A stretch of 64,000 nucleotides of DNA. Origin: Octopus vulgaris. Taxonomy: Eukaryota. The DNA is taken from positions 175,088,001 through 175,152,000 of the forward strand of contig OX597814.1 of NCBI GenBank assembly GCA_951406725.2, read 5' to 3'. Below are positions 11,991 through 25,478 of the stretch, one piece after another. Under the pieces are notes generated by a model. That model was not told the DNA's origin. It searched no databases and saw only the letters and a program-made list of their open reading frames with translations. Position 1 is the first letter of the stretch; every line of letters starts with the position of its first letter. A program made the translations under genes and the position numbers.

Positions 11991-14900
11991 AATTAATTTT
12001 CTTCATTACATACATCAATTCATATCAGTGAATTTATTCCATTGATATAAAAACTTTGATAAATATTAATTTAAACTATCAAAGTGTACTAATGTTATTT
12101 TATTTATTTTTCTGTATTCTATTTGTATTGCATGTTTTAATTTCTTTGAAGTATTTCATAGTATAATATTTGTTGGTAATTATAATTTTAACTTTGTTTC
12201 ATAGAATTTCTTTACAAAGTACATTAATTTCTCATTCAGTTTTCAACTGGAAGCTCTTAGTGATCATATTGAGATGCCAAGGAAAAACAATGAGAGATAT
12301 GAAATGTATGAAAAGAATGAAAGAGGTGTATTCAGTGGCAGTGTGAAAGGTCTTCATAGTCTTTCTGAACAGTTGTGAAGAAATTTGCTCTTTCTTATGG
12401 AGTACAATAATAGTCATCGAAATATGCTAACACTTGGAAATATTTCACATAGAAAAGGTACTACTAGAAGAACAACGAGTAGTCAGTGTTAAAGTTGGTT
12501 CCATTCAAATAGGAAGTATTTTATACATGAATACAAAAGATGCATGATGAGTTAAATTTAATAGCAGAAATGCCACTAACTTCAATTTTGTTACCTGGGG
12601 AATCAATTGTTAAAAAAAAAAAATGACCTTGTGCACATTCTCAAATCAACTTTTTGTTGATATAAAAGATAAATTTATACATTATATAAAATGGGTAATT
12701 AAAAGTGAACCAGACTCTTCAGAAAATTTGTTCAATGAAAGGTGGCAAAACTGAAGGTCATGCCATTAAGTTTTAAATTAACTAACATGTGAATAATATA
12801 TTTTTAATACAATTAAGACAGGTGCTCAGTACGAAAAGAAAATTGATTGACAAATTAGATGTAATCACTGGCTCTTAACATCTTGAAAATCTCTATAAAT
12901 TTATGATGTTGTGCAACAATACTAAGTAATGCACTTTGCCCTCTACATCCTGCTTTTTACCATTCTCAAATGAAAATTATGTCTTGATTCATTGATTAAA
13001 CTCAATGTACTTGCGATTCGTATGCAAAAGAAGTAACTTTGGTGATCTGAATTTGTGATAACATTAGTTAGTTAAATGGTAATTTATAAATAAATGCATG
13101 TGTATAAAGATCAAGACAAAAAAAGGGGGTAGGGTGAAGCATAGGGTTTTGGTTTATAAAATGTTATCAAGAAAGGTATTTTTGAGACTTGGTCAATTAT
13201 ATCTACATTGAAAACCACACATGCCACCTAGTACGTTTCAATTTTTGACTCAAAGAAAAAATTTTAAATAGGACACAACTACATGCATTATTTACTGAAC
13301 CTTTTTCTGGACTTGAAATTCAATGCACCAAGATATGCATACATTCTATTGCTTCTACACATTATTCAGTATGTCAGGTGGTTTGATAACATCACTTCAC
13401 AGTTGGTATATCTGCATGTGTGAAAATAAACTCAGCTACTTGAGCAGAGTTCAGTTCTACTCTGAAACAAAATAAATATGCTTTTGATATCTAAACCTAT
13501 TACCTGCATTATCATATCTATCTAAACCCATTACCTGTATATGCATAGATTTGTTGGTAAAGTGTCTAAAAATTAATTCTACTTAATTCTACACAACCTA
13601 TGTGACTTATGACCATCTGCACTTCTGACCATAAGAAATAGAGTACATATTGTCTTTTTCACATTTATGTACAATAATTATGGATTAAGTTTTTGTGTTT
13701 TATATTTTTATAACCTGTTTGAATGGAAATAGTATTGAAAAATATAAATCTTATGACTAGTCAGTTGGAAATCATGATACCGAGAGAATGTTTTGTGTTG
13801 GAAAAATTGAGTGACTGGCATAAGCAAAAAGAGACACTCAACAAAATGCCAAAACAAAACATGTTAAATAATGTACTGTTTTCCCATATGAACAATTGGT
13901 AAAAGATTTATCTGCTTTGATATGAGAATTATGTTCAAATGGAGTTGTTACCCTCATGATTATTACAATAAAATCATTAAAGTTATCTATAGATTCATAT
14001 AAATATATTTTTCTAAAGCTCCATTTCCCAGCTCCTATGATTTTGACATCCTGCTGACACTTCTCTGGATGCCTCAAGAAGTTGTACCCTAAGTATAAAA
14101 GCAACTGGATATGAAAGGCAATATTTTTCATGTGCTTAGTTGATGGCACAAAACTTCAGCCAAATGGTAATATTTAAATAAAAAGCTATAACAAAAGAAA
14201 ATTTTCTAAGTGTTAAGTTTACTGAAAGAGATGGATGAAATGCATTTGGTTGAAAAGACCTGGATTTCTTCTTAGGCCAATGATATTACTTCTATAGAAC
14301 CTTTTCCATATATATTAGTGTGAATTTGTAAAGATGGAATTACAAGAGAATGAAAGAAAGTGCTCAGTGATCCTTTGAGATTGACCATCATTTCTGCAGC
14401 TGTTTCAGTAAGCTATTTGAAACACATTGATAACTGTGGAACATGTGAGTGGTATCTGGAACCAAGGAAAGAGTGGGAAGTGCCCAGGCTTAGATTTTGT
14501 TGTACAAGAGATGAAAGTGGCGAAGGAAAGAGTTCCAAATTAAATGGTGCTAAAATCTTTTTAAAAGTGTGACATTGTCAGTGCAGTAGATGAAATGAGA
14601 TAAATTGCTATTCAAGGAATTTTTAAGAGGATAAACAAGTGACTAACAGATGAGAATTATTTTGAAATTGGAGTTTGATGTATATACAAATGATATTTTG
14701 GGGTGTAAAAGTCATAACACAGATTTAGTAGTCATGACTGATTTTCATCTGTAATTCCGTGAACTCCTGAAGCTTTTGTGTAGACATTATAAGCATTTTA
14801 AATAAAATTCCTTAAAATCAATTCATAAATGCTTATTTCATTATACTGGTCTCATGAATTTATATATACATGTCTTTCAGGTGTGCAAAACATATGCAGT

Positions 14901-17900
14901 TTTCTGTTGGTCATCTGTAATCCATTAGATTCTTCGTTTATTGTCAGTCAGTCAGGAATGGCTATTTAAAGCACTGGTTGGTCTGTTTGTTTTGGCCATA
15001 GATCATAGCTATACATTTGCATGGTACCTATTTTGGAACCTGTTAGACTATATTAGAAATTATTTGGATTATTTTAGTCAAGTGTGTTTATTATTTAAAC
15101 ACAGCTGCAAGTGAACTTATGAGCAATATTCACAAACTGAAACCCCAAAAATGGAGAGCATCACTTGTATACACAATAGAATAATGCTATGCATTATTAA
15201 ACCATTAACATACTGAGAAATAAGTGATCAAAGTATTTAATCTCATTTCCTTTTGTCTTTTAATAGCTACAATTTTTTATTCAATAAATACTTGTCATTG
15301 TCATTTATATGTTAATTTGTTTTAAAAATTTTTTTACCTGTGTATACCTAATTGGTTTGTTTTATGTTTGATATTCTTAATTTATTAACAAATAATCAAT
15401 ACTAGAATTTAAGTAAACAAAACAACCCACGTTAGTTATTAGTACTTATTCTAATCTTTTCTAAAATAAGCAATGAGACACAGATATTTAATAGCTGTTT
15501 ATAAATTTCTTTGTTTCAGAAATATATTACTAGTTTAACCTCATTCCTTTTTGCTTTGAATTTATAAAATATTATAGTTATTGAATAAATAGAAAGATAA
15601 TTGAGATAATGTTACCATTTTTAATCAGTTTTATCTGAAGCTATAGAAATTAAATTAGTGTTCAAACATGGGGATCAATTACTTATCAGTTTGTCACAAC
15701 AGTTGATTTGTTGACTTTATCTACTTATTCCCAATAATTAAATTAAATGTTAAATTTTGTGTGCGTGTGCGTAAGCTCTTGAGGTTACTGTTGTGAACTT
15801 TTTGAAAGGATAATTGAAATCTATTTAATCAACTGTTGGTAAGAAAAATTACTTGGAATGAGATATAATTCTTAAACATGTATGTTTATTCTAATTGCCT
15901 AGTCCTACCCCACTTCTCTCATGACAATGATTTTTATATAATACTTATTGAAATTTCATGTGCTATTTGTTGTTATGAATTTGTTTTTTTTTTTCTCTAG
16001 TTTTTGCTAAATAGCTGGACTTTATCTTGATTTACCTCTTCCTTAAAACATTAACCTTTGATTTTGATAAATGTCCATTGGGGTGTGTATGAACCATATC
16101 TTATCCACATGAACAATAGTCTACACAGAGACACACAAACATATATGCTGACAGGTCTCATTCATTAGCAATATGTACTTCTATAGTTTACTTTTTTTTT
16201 TTCATAAGTATTATTGTTATAGCCAAAAGGACATGGTAAATTTCTTACTGCTGTAAATCATCTTATGTGAAGTGAATAAGTTCATTTGTAAAGGAAATGT
16301 AGTCTAGTTACTTTAGGCATAATCTATAATTTATACATACTCTTCCATGTATACATGAATAAAAGAAATGTTCAAATAATTTTCTAAATTAAAATGAATT
16401 TGATGTCAGTTTTTGGAGGGGAGTTGTTGTTAGTATTTTTCTCTAATTTGAAAGCAAATATCGACCAGTAAAGCCATAACATTAATAATGATCATTGTCT
16501 GAATATAAGTAATTTTTTAAAAATATATATTTATTGATTTTCCTTGAATTGAATAACACTAATATATTCTTAACAGTTTATAAATAGAAATTGTCTCAAG
16601 TGGTGTTTCTGCAGAAGGTTGTGAGTGTGTTTCTAAGTATGTTTGGGTACATATGCAAGCATATTCATATACATATATAAATTATATTTATGATAACCAG
16701 ATAAAATATTTCTGTGGTAAAAAACGGAAATAAAAGGCATAACATTTTTATGAGCAAACAAGTGAAGGAATATATGAACACAGCTGTTACTCCTGACACG
16801 TTTGCTACTTCTGATGTCATATGTCAATGAAAATTTGTACATTTACCACTTTTTTACATGAATTATAACATTTTATTTATTTTTTCCCCTCTAATTTTAT
16901 TATATATTTCATGGAAGATCTAATTTTTGAAATATACTTTTTGTTCCCTATCCCTCAATGTGATATTAACAAAAATGTTAATTTATAAATTGTGTTAGTT
17001 AACATTGATTTATAAAGTGTTACAAATCAATCTATTGTGTACACGTACACTTTTATTTTTTGTTTTCTACCTAAAGATTTTTTTTCTCTATGAACTATTT
17101 AAAAGAAAAACTTTATCAATGATGTAGCTAATATTTACTAATTAATCTTTATAAATTAAGATATATTTATGAAAGTTTTATTCTCTCTTTTACAAGCACA
17201 AAGAATATTTAAAAAAAAATACAACTCAAGAAACAAACTATTCTAAGCAAGAATATTGCTATCTTTGGTTTTGGTATTATTTTCCCATCCAGGTGTAGTT
17301 TAGTAGTTTAGATAGGTGTGACACATTGCCATTGATCTTAATTCTGCAGCATCTCATCTCATGTTCTCTGTAAGATCAAAACTTTCTCAGGCTGAAAATA
17401 AATTCATTTTTAGGAAGAAAACCATTCAGCTTTTGATGACTGGGCAAACTTTCATTTATTTTTGTGTCTCCCACGCATTAAAATAAGTTTTTAAAATTCA
17501 ATTCTGTTAGTTCAAATGAATTGATTTTTCTATTTTGTGGTGGTTGATGTAGATTCTAACTATTAAAGAAACAAAATAATACCAAAAGGTCTTTTTTTAA
17601 GATGTGTCAAAAAATATTAATTTGATCAAGATCATTAAGTAGATGAAAGTCTATAGGGATCTTTGGCAAAGTCTTCTGCAACATTTCTTGAAATAATGTT
17701 AATTCTTACCTCTTTGTTCAGTTTTGCTTAACACAGCTTTTTTTCCTTTTCTTTTCTGCTTGCTTGAAAGGCTAAACTTGTTTAATCTAGCATGATAGTG
17801 TTGTTAAGCTTTATTTGTAAAGTATTTGGACTATTTCCCTCTGATCTAATCAAGAAGATTTATCCTTCAAGACACATACACACATGCACGTGTGTTTATG

Positions 17901-20900
17901 TGTGTGCATTTAGAAACAAATTAGTTGCTAATAAATTGGTTCAATGATTTCATATTTGAATGTCAAGAAGTAATTATATTTCTCAAAAATATTTAATTTA
18001 CTCCTATTGTTCTCTATTTTTTGCTTTCTTTTCTTTCCATGAAATGAAACTTTAAATATGAAATAAGAAAAAGACTTCATGATTATTAGTGATTGAGTAG
18101 AATCCAGCTCAGAGTTTTGGAGATTTTGATTTCTTAGTTTGCGACATATCACTTCTATTAGTAACTCATTTAAGAAAGGCATGAATGTCACACATTCACA
18201 TTGCTATTCCACTGTAAATTTGAGGTCTTATTCCTCTGTAAGAAATATGAGATATATTTTAATTCAGACTTATGACATTGTTTAAAAGTTTGACATTTCT
18301 TTCTAACTTATTTCCCAGTTGTTACACATCTTAATTCAAACTGTGAAACTGGACAATCTTTGCTTAAGTAGACAGGCATTTCAAGTACTGTTCCTTTTAG
18401 TTATTATTCCTCAGTCAATAATTGTTTATATCCTCAACTGTTAATATTAGAAAACAAAAAAATAATATGAAGAGCTTCTTACAAGGTGAAGAAGGACTTG
18501 ATAATTTATATTTTTGCATTGTAAGAAGCTTTTCACAATATTTCTTTGTATTCTTATATCGTAATGCTTCAAGCAAACTATAACACTGTTGTTAATGTTA
18601 GACCTATGAATTCAAGATGAATTCTAACCCTTCAGGTTTTATAATTGCTGCTTTTGAAAGTACATTTGTCTTTTATTCTTTTCAGAATATTTATAGGATC
18701 ATATATAAAGAATATTTTTCTAACTCCTAAATCTTTTTTGGTATAAAAATGTGCAAAGTTATTGTATATTTTTTCTTTGGTTTGTAATCTGCAGCTATGC
18801 ATTCAAAATGTGAAAATAGCATGAGAACCAATGTTATATAAAGGGTGAAATTATGCATCTATCAACAATTTTTTTCTTGTTGATTTTTATTAGGCCCCTA
18901 AGCAATTATCTGTCTGCATTTAATAATGTTCTTTAACATACAAGCATGTGTGCTTGCACATATGCACCTACACCTTGCACCATACACTTAGTAGAAAAAT
19001 GAAAAAAATTGACATTGAAAATTGAGTAAAAATTTTGGTAAAACTCAGCCAAAGCTTTTTCATTTTCTAATGATACATGCAATTTGATTAATAGATTGAA
19101 AATATATACAAAATTTTCAAAGTAAAACATTAACTTCTTTGATTTTGACAAGTACAATTATCAACTTGGAAACTACATTTCTTAAGTACATTTATTTCAA
19201 CAAATGTGGAATTGAATGAAATTATGTCAGAATAAGATTTTCAATCATTAACATATGTTAATTTTCCTTTGTCTGTTTGAAATTTAAATTTTGAAATTAT
19301 TACATATAAATGAAATATTTTTCTACGAATGAAATTGTGATCTTGTTCTTTAAAAGTGATATGTTGTAATATGTAGAAAAACATGAGAATGTTATTCTGC
19401 TGCAGGTATTTTGTGCTTATGAGAAATGACTGAAGAGTTTATAACGTGATATTTAAGAAATGAGGCAGTGTTTAAAAATGAATAATGAAAGTCTGTGTAA
19501 TTATCATCTCATTATAGATATTTTGTTTTCATGGGAACTGCTTGAAAATGTATTTTAACCTTATACTACTGAAGCTTAGACTTACTCCCCACTGTATACC
19601 ATATTTAAGTAATTGAAATTTTAGAATTGTTCTCGTGTTTATTTGACCAGAGTTCGTGATTAATAACAATTGTTCTCATCACAAGGGGAGTAATGAGTTA
19701 ATTTGAAATATCCTGACTTGTTATATCAAGTATACTGTTTTTCATACTATTGTCATGCAGTAGGTATCTCTGAATATTCCCCCTCTACCTCCAACCATTG
19801 TTATCTGATATAGGATTATCAAAGAGAAATCCACTGATTTATCTAAAACTCACTTCTTTGAGACAAATTTGATAGACATTCAAGTTATTAAATTTTAGAT
19901 CTCAGAAAACACATTTTGTAGGTAAAGTGGTTAAGTATGAGCTCAAAGTGTTGAAAATTCCTACAGGAGCATGTTCAACTAAGAGCTGTTAAGCCTAGAA
20001 TTAAGTGGCCAGTTCTACTGGAAATGCATGTATCTCAACTATCCATAAATATTACAGTTGATTTGTTTTTGGCATCATCAAAATGAATATCAGCGCCTGA
20101 TGCTAAGAGAGCAAGTTAAGCTACTCCATCTTTGTTCATAAGTAAAAACAAAACTCAAGAGAGATTGTCTGATGAAAGATTGTTTAAATTTTGAAAAAGT
20201 AGATACTTTATTCATTTATAAACATAAATTTCAAAATATTGTATTACTAGTTATGGTGTACTAAAAATTACCATTAAAAATATATATTGATATTTTATGT
20301 GACTTGATGTTTCATTTCTTGTATTTTACCTCTGAAATTATTTTTAAAAGCAGTTCTCATGTTATTTTTTTTACCACACAAACTTTGGCCATTACTTTTA
20401 TTTATATTTTTTATTACCTAAATAATATAAACACCTATTGTTAAAGCATACTTACAAGTAAACTCATGTCTTTTATTCTTAATTTCTCTTGGAAATTTCT
20501 CAAATTTCCATTTTAGACAATTGTTGAATAATGATAACAACAACAACAATAATTTGTCTGTAATCTTATTGATATTGTTAATTTAAAACTTCATTTTCAA
20601 AAAAATTCAAAGATTTTATATAACATTTCTGTTTTTCATTGGGAATATCAGATTTCTAACTGGTACAGTTCTGTGAGCAAGTCACATGGTGATAAAGTAA
20701 TATAAAGGTTGGGTGACAATAGAAGAGGAAGCAAAAAAAAAAAAAAAAAAAAACCCAATAGGCTTTAATGAAAAATTATATATAAATTACATGTAACTAG
20801 AAGAAAAGCAGGCGGTTGGCAGTGTGTCAATTTCTACATGAAGAGAACATGAACTGTGAAGAGTTTCAAATTGTGAGGTAGTACTATTATTAACAATAAG

Positions 20901-21759
20901 AAGCCCAGAAACTTATTAAAGTAGTAGTATAAATGAGTCAGAAAATGTCTATTCCTAATTAGGACCATCAAAAGGAATATTTATAGAAATCAAAATGAGA
21001 ATTATGGCCACCATTGTCGAGATTTTAATGCTCATTTTTTACACTTGCATGGGTGTTGGGGAAATCAGTTGTATCACTAAACACCTGTCTTTTGTCATCT
21101 TTTCTGTGAAGTCCAGTATTCTGGGATCTAAAGAGATGAAAAACAGACAATTGGTGATATACTGTAGACATGTCTAAGCATTTAAGGCCAAGAACTACTG
21201 AAACTTTGTGGAAATAGTTGTTGAGATGCTGAATGCACTTGGATGGGGTTTTGTCTCCATAGCTATCTCCTTTACTGATCAGAATATGCAGGAAAGGGTT
21301 ACATATAAACACTGTAATTTACTGCAAAAGTAAGGGTATCAATCTGTTTGAAATTACAAGCTGGTGTATATTTGATTTAAATATTATTCAGTTTGAGTGT
21401 GTAGCTGAGTATTGATTTGTAGAAGCTATATTTAGATAAATGAATCTGCTTTGCATGTGGTGAACTGTAATACATTACATTTCTTCATCTCTTACTCTTT
21501 TTTTAACTCTCCATTGTTTTTCTTCCACTTTTCTCTTCTCAGCTGATACATGAATATGCAATCTGCATCTCTCTCTTTTTTTTTCAGCTATCTCTATTGT
21601 TCCTTTCATTTAATCTCTTTCATTTACACCCTCCTGTACCTACTCTCCTCTTTTGTCTCCCACAGCTAGATAATAGTGGCTCCAGGTTTTTGTTACATTG
21701 TTTTACTAAAATACAACATAACAAAATTTATTGGCTTATTTTTATTACCTTCTTCACCT

Positions 21760-22190
21760 CTAAGTTTTGTCAAATCTTTCCAATATTTGTCCATTTTGTT
21801 GCCATCTGTTTCTTTTGCTATGTCTCTGAATCCTGTCTGTCAATTTTGTCATCCATCTGTTGTCACTTGTCCTCTGGATGTAGCCAACTTCATCCAGTCC
21901 AACCCAACTCTATTTAAGATTTTGTGAACTTGACATTATCATTTAGTTTTTTGTTTTTAATTTAATTTTGTTTTGTGGTCTTTCTTCTTTATTCAAAACA
22001 TGTTTGTGAGTATGTTGAGCTGTTCCTGGCTTGTTTGTTAGATCTGTTGTTGGGTTATATGTTTCTGCTTTCATAAAAATTGCAGTGATGATGTGTTGGT
22101 TGTAAACTTGTCTTTTGAGGCTTAGGTGCATTTTGTTTCTAAAAATGGAACTTACCTTCTTGAAGTATTGTCAGTCAAAGGTAACGTTTT
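21760..22190 (-). mobile_element. RTE LINE remnant
   Basis: Peptides LSLKRQVYNQHIITA...AETY and GYIQRTSDNRWMTKLTD..RHSKRNR resemble the RTE LK..VYN.CILP...Y.AETW and GH..R..D.RW motifs. Confidence 0.7.
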
Positions 22191-22299
22191 ATATTTCTTT
22201 ACCTGGTTGTGTTGTTATAAATTGGTTAAAGTAACTTTTTACTATCAACCCATTTTATTAGAGCTTGAATTTTTAAATCTTAAAATTTAAAGATCCAAG

Positions 22300-22870
22300 A
22301 GGCAGGAGATAGTTACAGCCCATAGATGGGTAACTTAGGAGATTCTCATGCCAGATATTAAAAGCTTTACTAAGATCAAGGGCAGTTCTCAAGTTCCCAG
22401 ACGTAAGACACCACAAGTGTGTGATCTAAGAGAGAGCAATAGAGTAGTATTTGGTAAGGTTGGTCTTGAAAATGGGACTCATTATGTTTTTATGGAATAC
22501 GGCAAACTCCTACTTAAAAAGCTTGAAGAGTTTGGTGAGCTGGCTCTAGAGTATACTGTTTAAGAATAATGGAAAAGAGAACCAAGATATTTGTTAGCTT
22601 GTAATGATTGGGAATGTTTTTACACATGGTGAGTGTTCCTATATGATGATGAAAGGGAAGAGTTTGAAAGGAGTTTGTTTGTGCATTGTGGAACTGAAGT
22701 GGTATCTTTATTGGCAAGAGTGATACTTAGAGGGCCTACTTGGCTGGGGAGTTGCAGGTAGGAACTATTTGGTGATATTTTGGTTCTGTGAAGGAAGAGG
22801 AGAGACATACTTAGAATGATAGTACCTGTCATATTTTTAGTCATCCAATCCATTTCACCCTTGAGCAACT
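22300..22870 (-). mobile_element. Very degenerate LINE remnant (possible APE endonuclease region)
   Basis: Higher GC, strand-skewed block. The minus strand has LDHTLV, an SDH-like motif. Weak support. Confidence 0.3.
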
Positions 22871-24360
22871 TCTCTCATGTGTGTGTGTGTCAGTTGTAAT
22901 GATACTGAGTCTTCTTTTAATAACAGCATTGCAGATATATTGCTAATGATAATATTGCCAGTGATATTGTTTCAAAAAATTGAATTTTAAGTGTATTCCT
23001 TTCCTTTTTTTTTTGTATAAAAATAAAGATCAAAACAAAATATGCAAATACAAAGAGAAAATAGAAGTGGGAGAACCCACATCTCACTTTTTCATTTTCA
23101 TTTGTTTGTAAGTTTTGCTTGTCTGAAAATGTAAACATCTATTTGCTGTTCAAAATGAGTAATATAATTTATTTTTGTTATACACTATTTAATTTTTTTT
23201 ATTTTCTGTTTTTATTTGTATCATTAGTTCTTTTTTAAAAAAAAAATTCATTTTTTTCTTTGCTCTACCCTTCTCCCTGTTTAACTAGTCAAAAATTCAT
23301 CCCATGAAACCATTAGTTTGAAGATGAAGAAATATAAGTAAACCCTGTGAGATTGTGAAAGGTTGCATTCACAGCTGTTTGTTAAAAAATTACTTATCTG
23401 TAAATTATGTTCTCTATAATATGGAAATTCTGTTTCAAATATGCTTATTTTTGTTGTTGTTGTTGTGATTGAATGTTTTCTGTTTTAATTGTTGTGATAA
23501 TTGTTGTTGAAAGCTGTTTTGATCACAAATGGAAAACAAAACTATAATCAGCTTTAGCTTATAATTTATGCAAACAGCTTTTGAAATCCAATCACAGCAG
23601 CCTTTTTGGAATATTGCAAAGCTAAACTTCTTTTTTGGTCACCTTACCATAGGTAAATTTTTCATGGTGTTATAGATCAATGTAAATATTTTCAATGCTT
23701 AGACATTTTCTTTTTAAATCTATCATTTACCTTTTTCTATTTTTACACTCATTTATCTCTGAATTATTAACAGACAGTGGACATGGCTGTTGTAGTAGCC
23801 CACTGAAATAAATATTTGACAGTATTTAGTTTTTGTCTGTCTTATGAGTTCGAACCCCACATGAATTGATCTCATCTTTCATCCTTCCTTGGTTGATAAA
23901 ATACACAGTAGTGTACAGAATTCCTTCCTTTCTTACAAACAAACGAAAGTTGTTTTTATTGTTCAAGGAATAATGATGTTTGAACTGCATGCAACTCAGT
24001 TTTTATTACTGGTGAAAACTATTAACTTCATTTATGTTGCTAAAGCCATTGAGAGAGGTGGTTATGGGGTGTTAAAGTACCACTGCTCTCTATCTGACAT
24101 TTTGTCATGTCAAATACATGTCTTTTGTTTTGAGATAAAATCTTAGCGATATCAACTTTGCCTTGAATGTTCAAGATCAACAGATTAGAACCAAAAATAA
24201 GTTGCGAAAGAAATTTAATTGTAAAGAAAATAGAGTTGGAGCAGACATTTGGTAGTTTCCTACAAAGTGAATGTTATCTAATTTGGCACATTCTTTTCTT
24301 TTATTATGGCAGGGTTTGCATTTGCATTTCAATTTTCTTAATTCAATAAAATGAATAGTT

Positions 24361-24996
24361 GGCAGTGAGCTGGCAGAAACGTTAGCATGCTGGTAAAAAA
24401 TGCTCAGCAGTATTTTGTCTGTCTTTATGTTCTGAGTTCAAATTCTGCTGAGGTTGACTTTGCCTTTCATCCTTTCAGGGTGGATAAATTTAGTACCAGT
24501 TGCATACTGGGATCGATCTAATCGACTGACCCCCTCCCCTAAAATTTCAGGCCTTGTGCCTAGAGTAGAAAAGAATAATATGAACAGTTATGTATAAACT
24601 CATTTTGTGCCTATTCTGAAATATGAATACCAGAAAAGATGAAGGGAGAAATTAAATATTTTGTAGTATTTAATTACATCCCTTTATGTTCTGAGTTCCA
24701 ATCCTGCTGTATCAATTTCTTGACAATGAAATAAATACCACTCAAGTATTAGACTTGATGTAATCCCCTCAAAATTTGTGACCTTGTACCTGTGTTAGAA
24801 AACATTTTCATGGTAGAATTAGTATAACAATGGATACCATTACATTGCTGTATTTAGTCATGTTCTGAGTTTGGTTTCCATCAGGGTCAACTTTGTTTTT
24901 CATCCTTGTAGGATAAATAAAAGTTAAGTACAGGGTCGTTCTCATTGACAATACCTTTCCCCTACAACTTCTTGACCTTATACCTATGTAAGAAAT
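24361..24996 (+). mobile_element. SINE family B: near-complete copy 24361-24577 plus two older tandem copies
   Basis: ggcagtgagctggcagaaacgttagc (A-box-like), gagttcaaattc (B-box-like), 3' end ccttgtgcctagagtagaaaagaataataa. Confidence 0.88.
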
Positions 24997-25466
24997 GATA
25001 ATTATCATGAATTGATACAAAGTTAGCATTCAGTAGCCAATGCTACTGATCAGGTGAATATCTTGATAACACTGCATTCTTGTGTAATATTTTAATAACC
25101 ATTGATTGCATCTCTATTCACTACATTTGCACAGTAGTAGTATTAAGAGTTTACTATATCAGAGGGTAATTTTTCTTTGTAATCACACAAAAACTTTTCA
25201 TCATAGGTGTTTTGTTATTTCACTCTGTAATTGTTTGAATTCACAGAAGGCACTATATTGTGATTGCACTATCATTGTTTATTTTTTCCCTCCTTCTCCT
25301 CTCAGATATAGGAGACATTTTTAGCATACTGAAAGTATCCAAAAATATTGCACCTTAACTGTTTTAGTACACAAGCAAAACTGTGTTATTACACTCTATC
25401 ATCTGCTTTGGTACAGTGTTTGATATCACCTCATTTTTTGATCACATTCTATATTTTATTATACAG

Positions 25467-25478
25467 GAAGCTATGCAG
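25467..25478 (+). CDS. Candidate 12-nt microexon (EAMQ)
   Basis: attttattatacag|GAAGCTATGCAG|gtgaga, phase 0-0. Confidence 0.55.

Noticed and set aside
16577-16626. Microexon ending at GTT|GTGAGT (6 or 33 nt options)
   Set aside because: Several weak competing AGs and no good pyrimidine tract.
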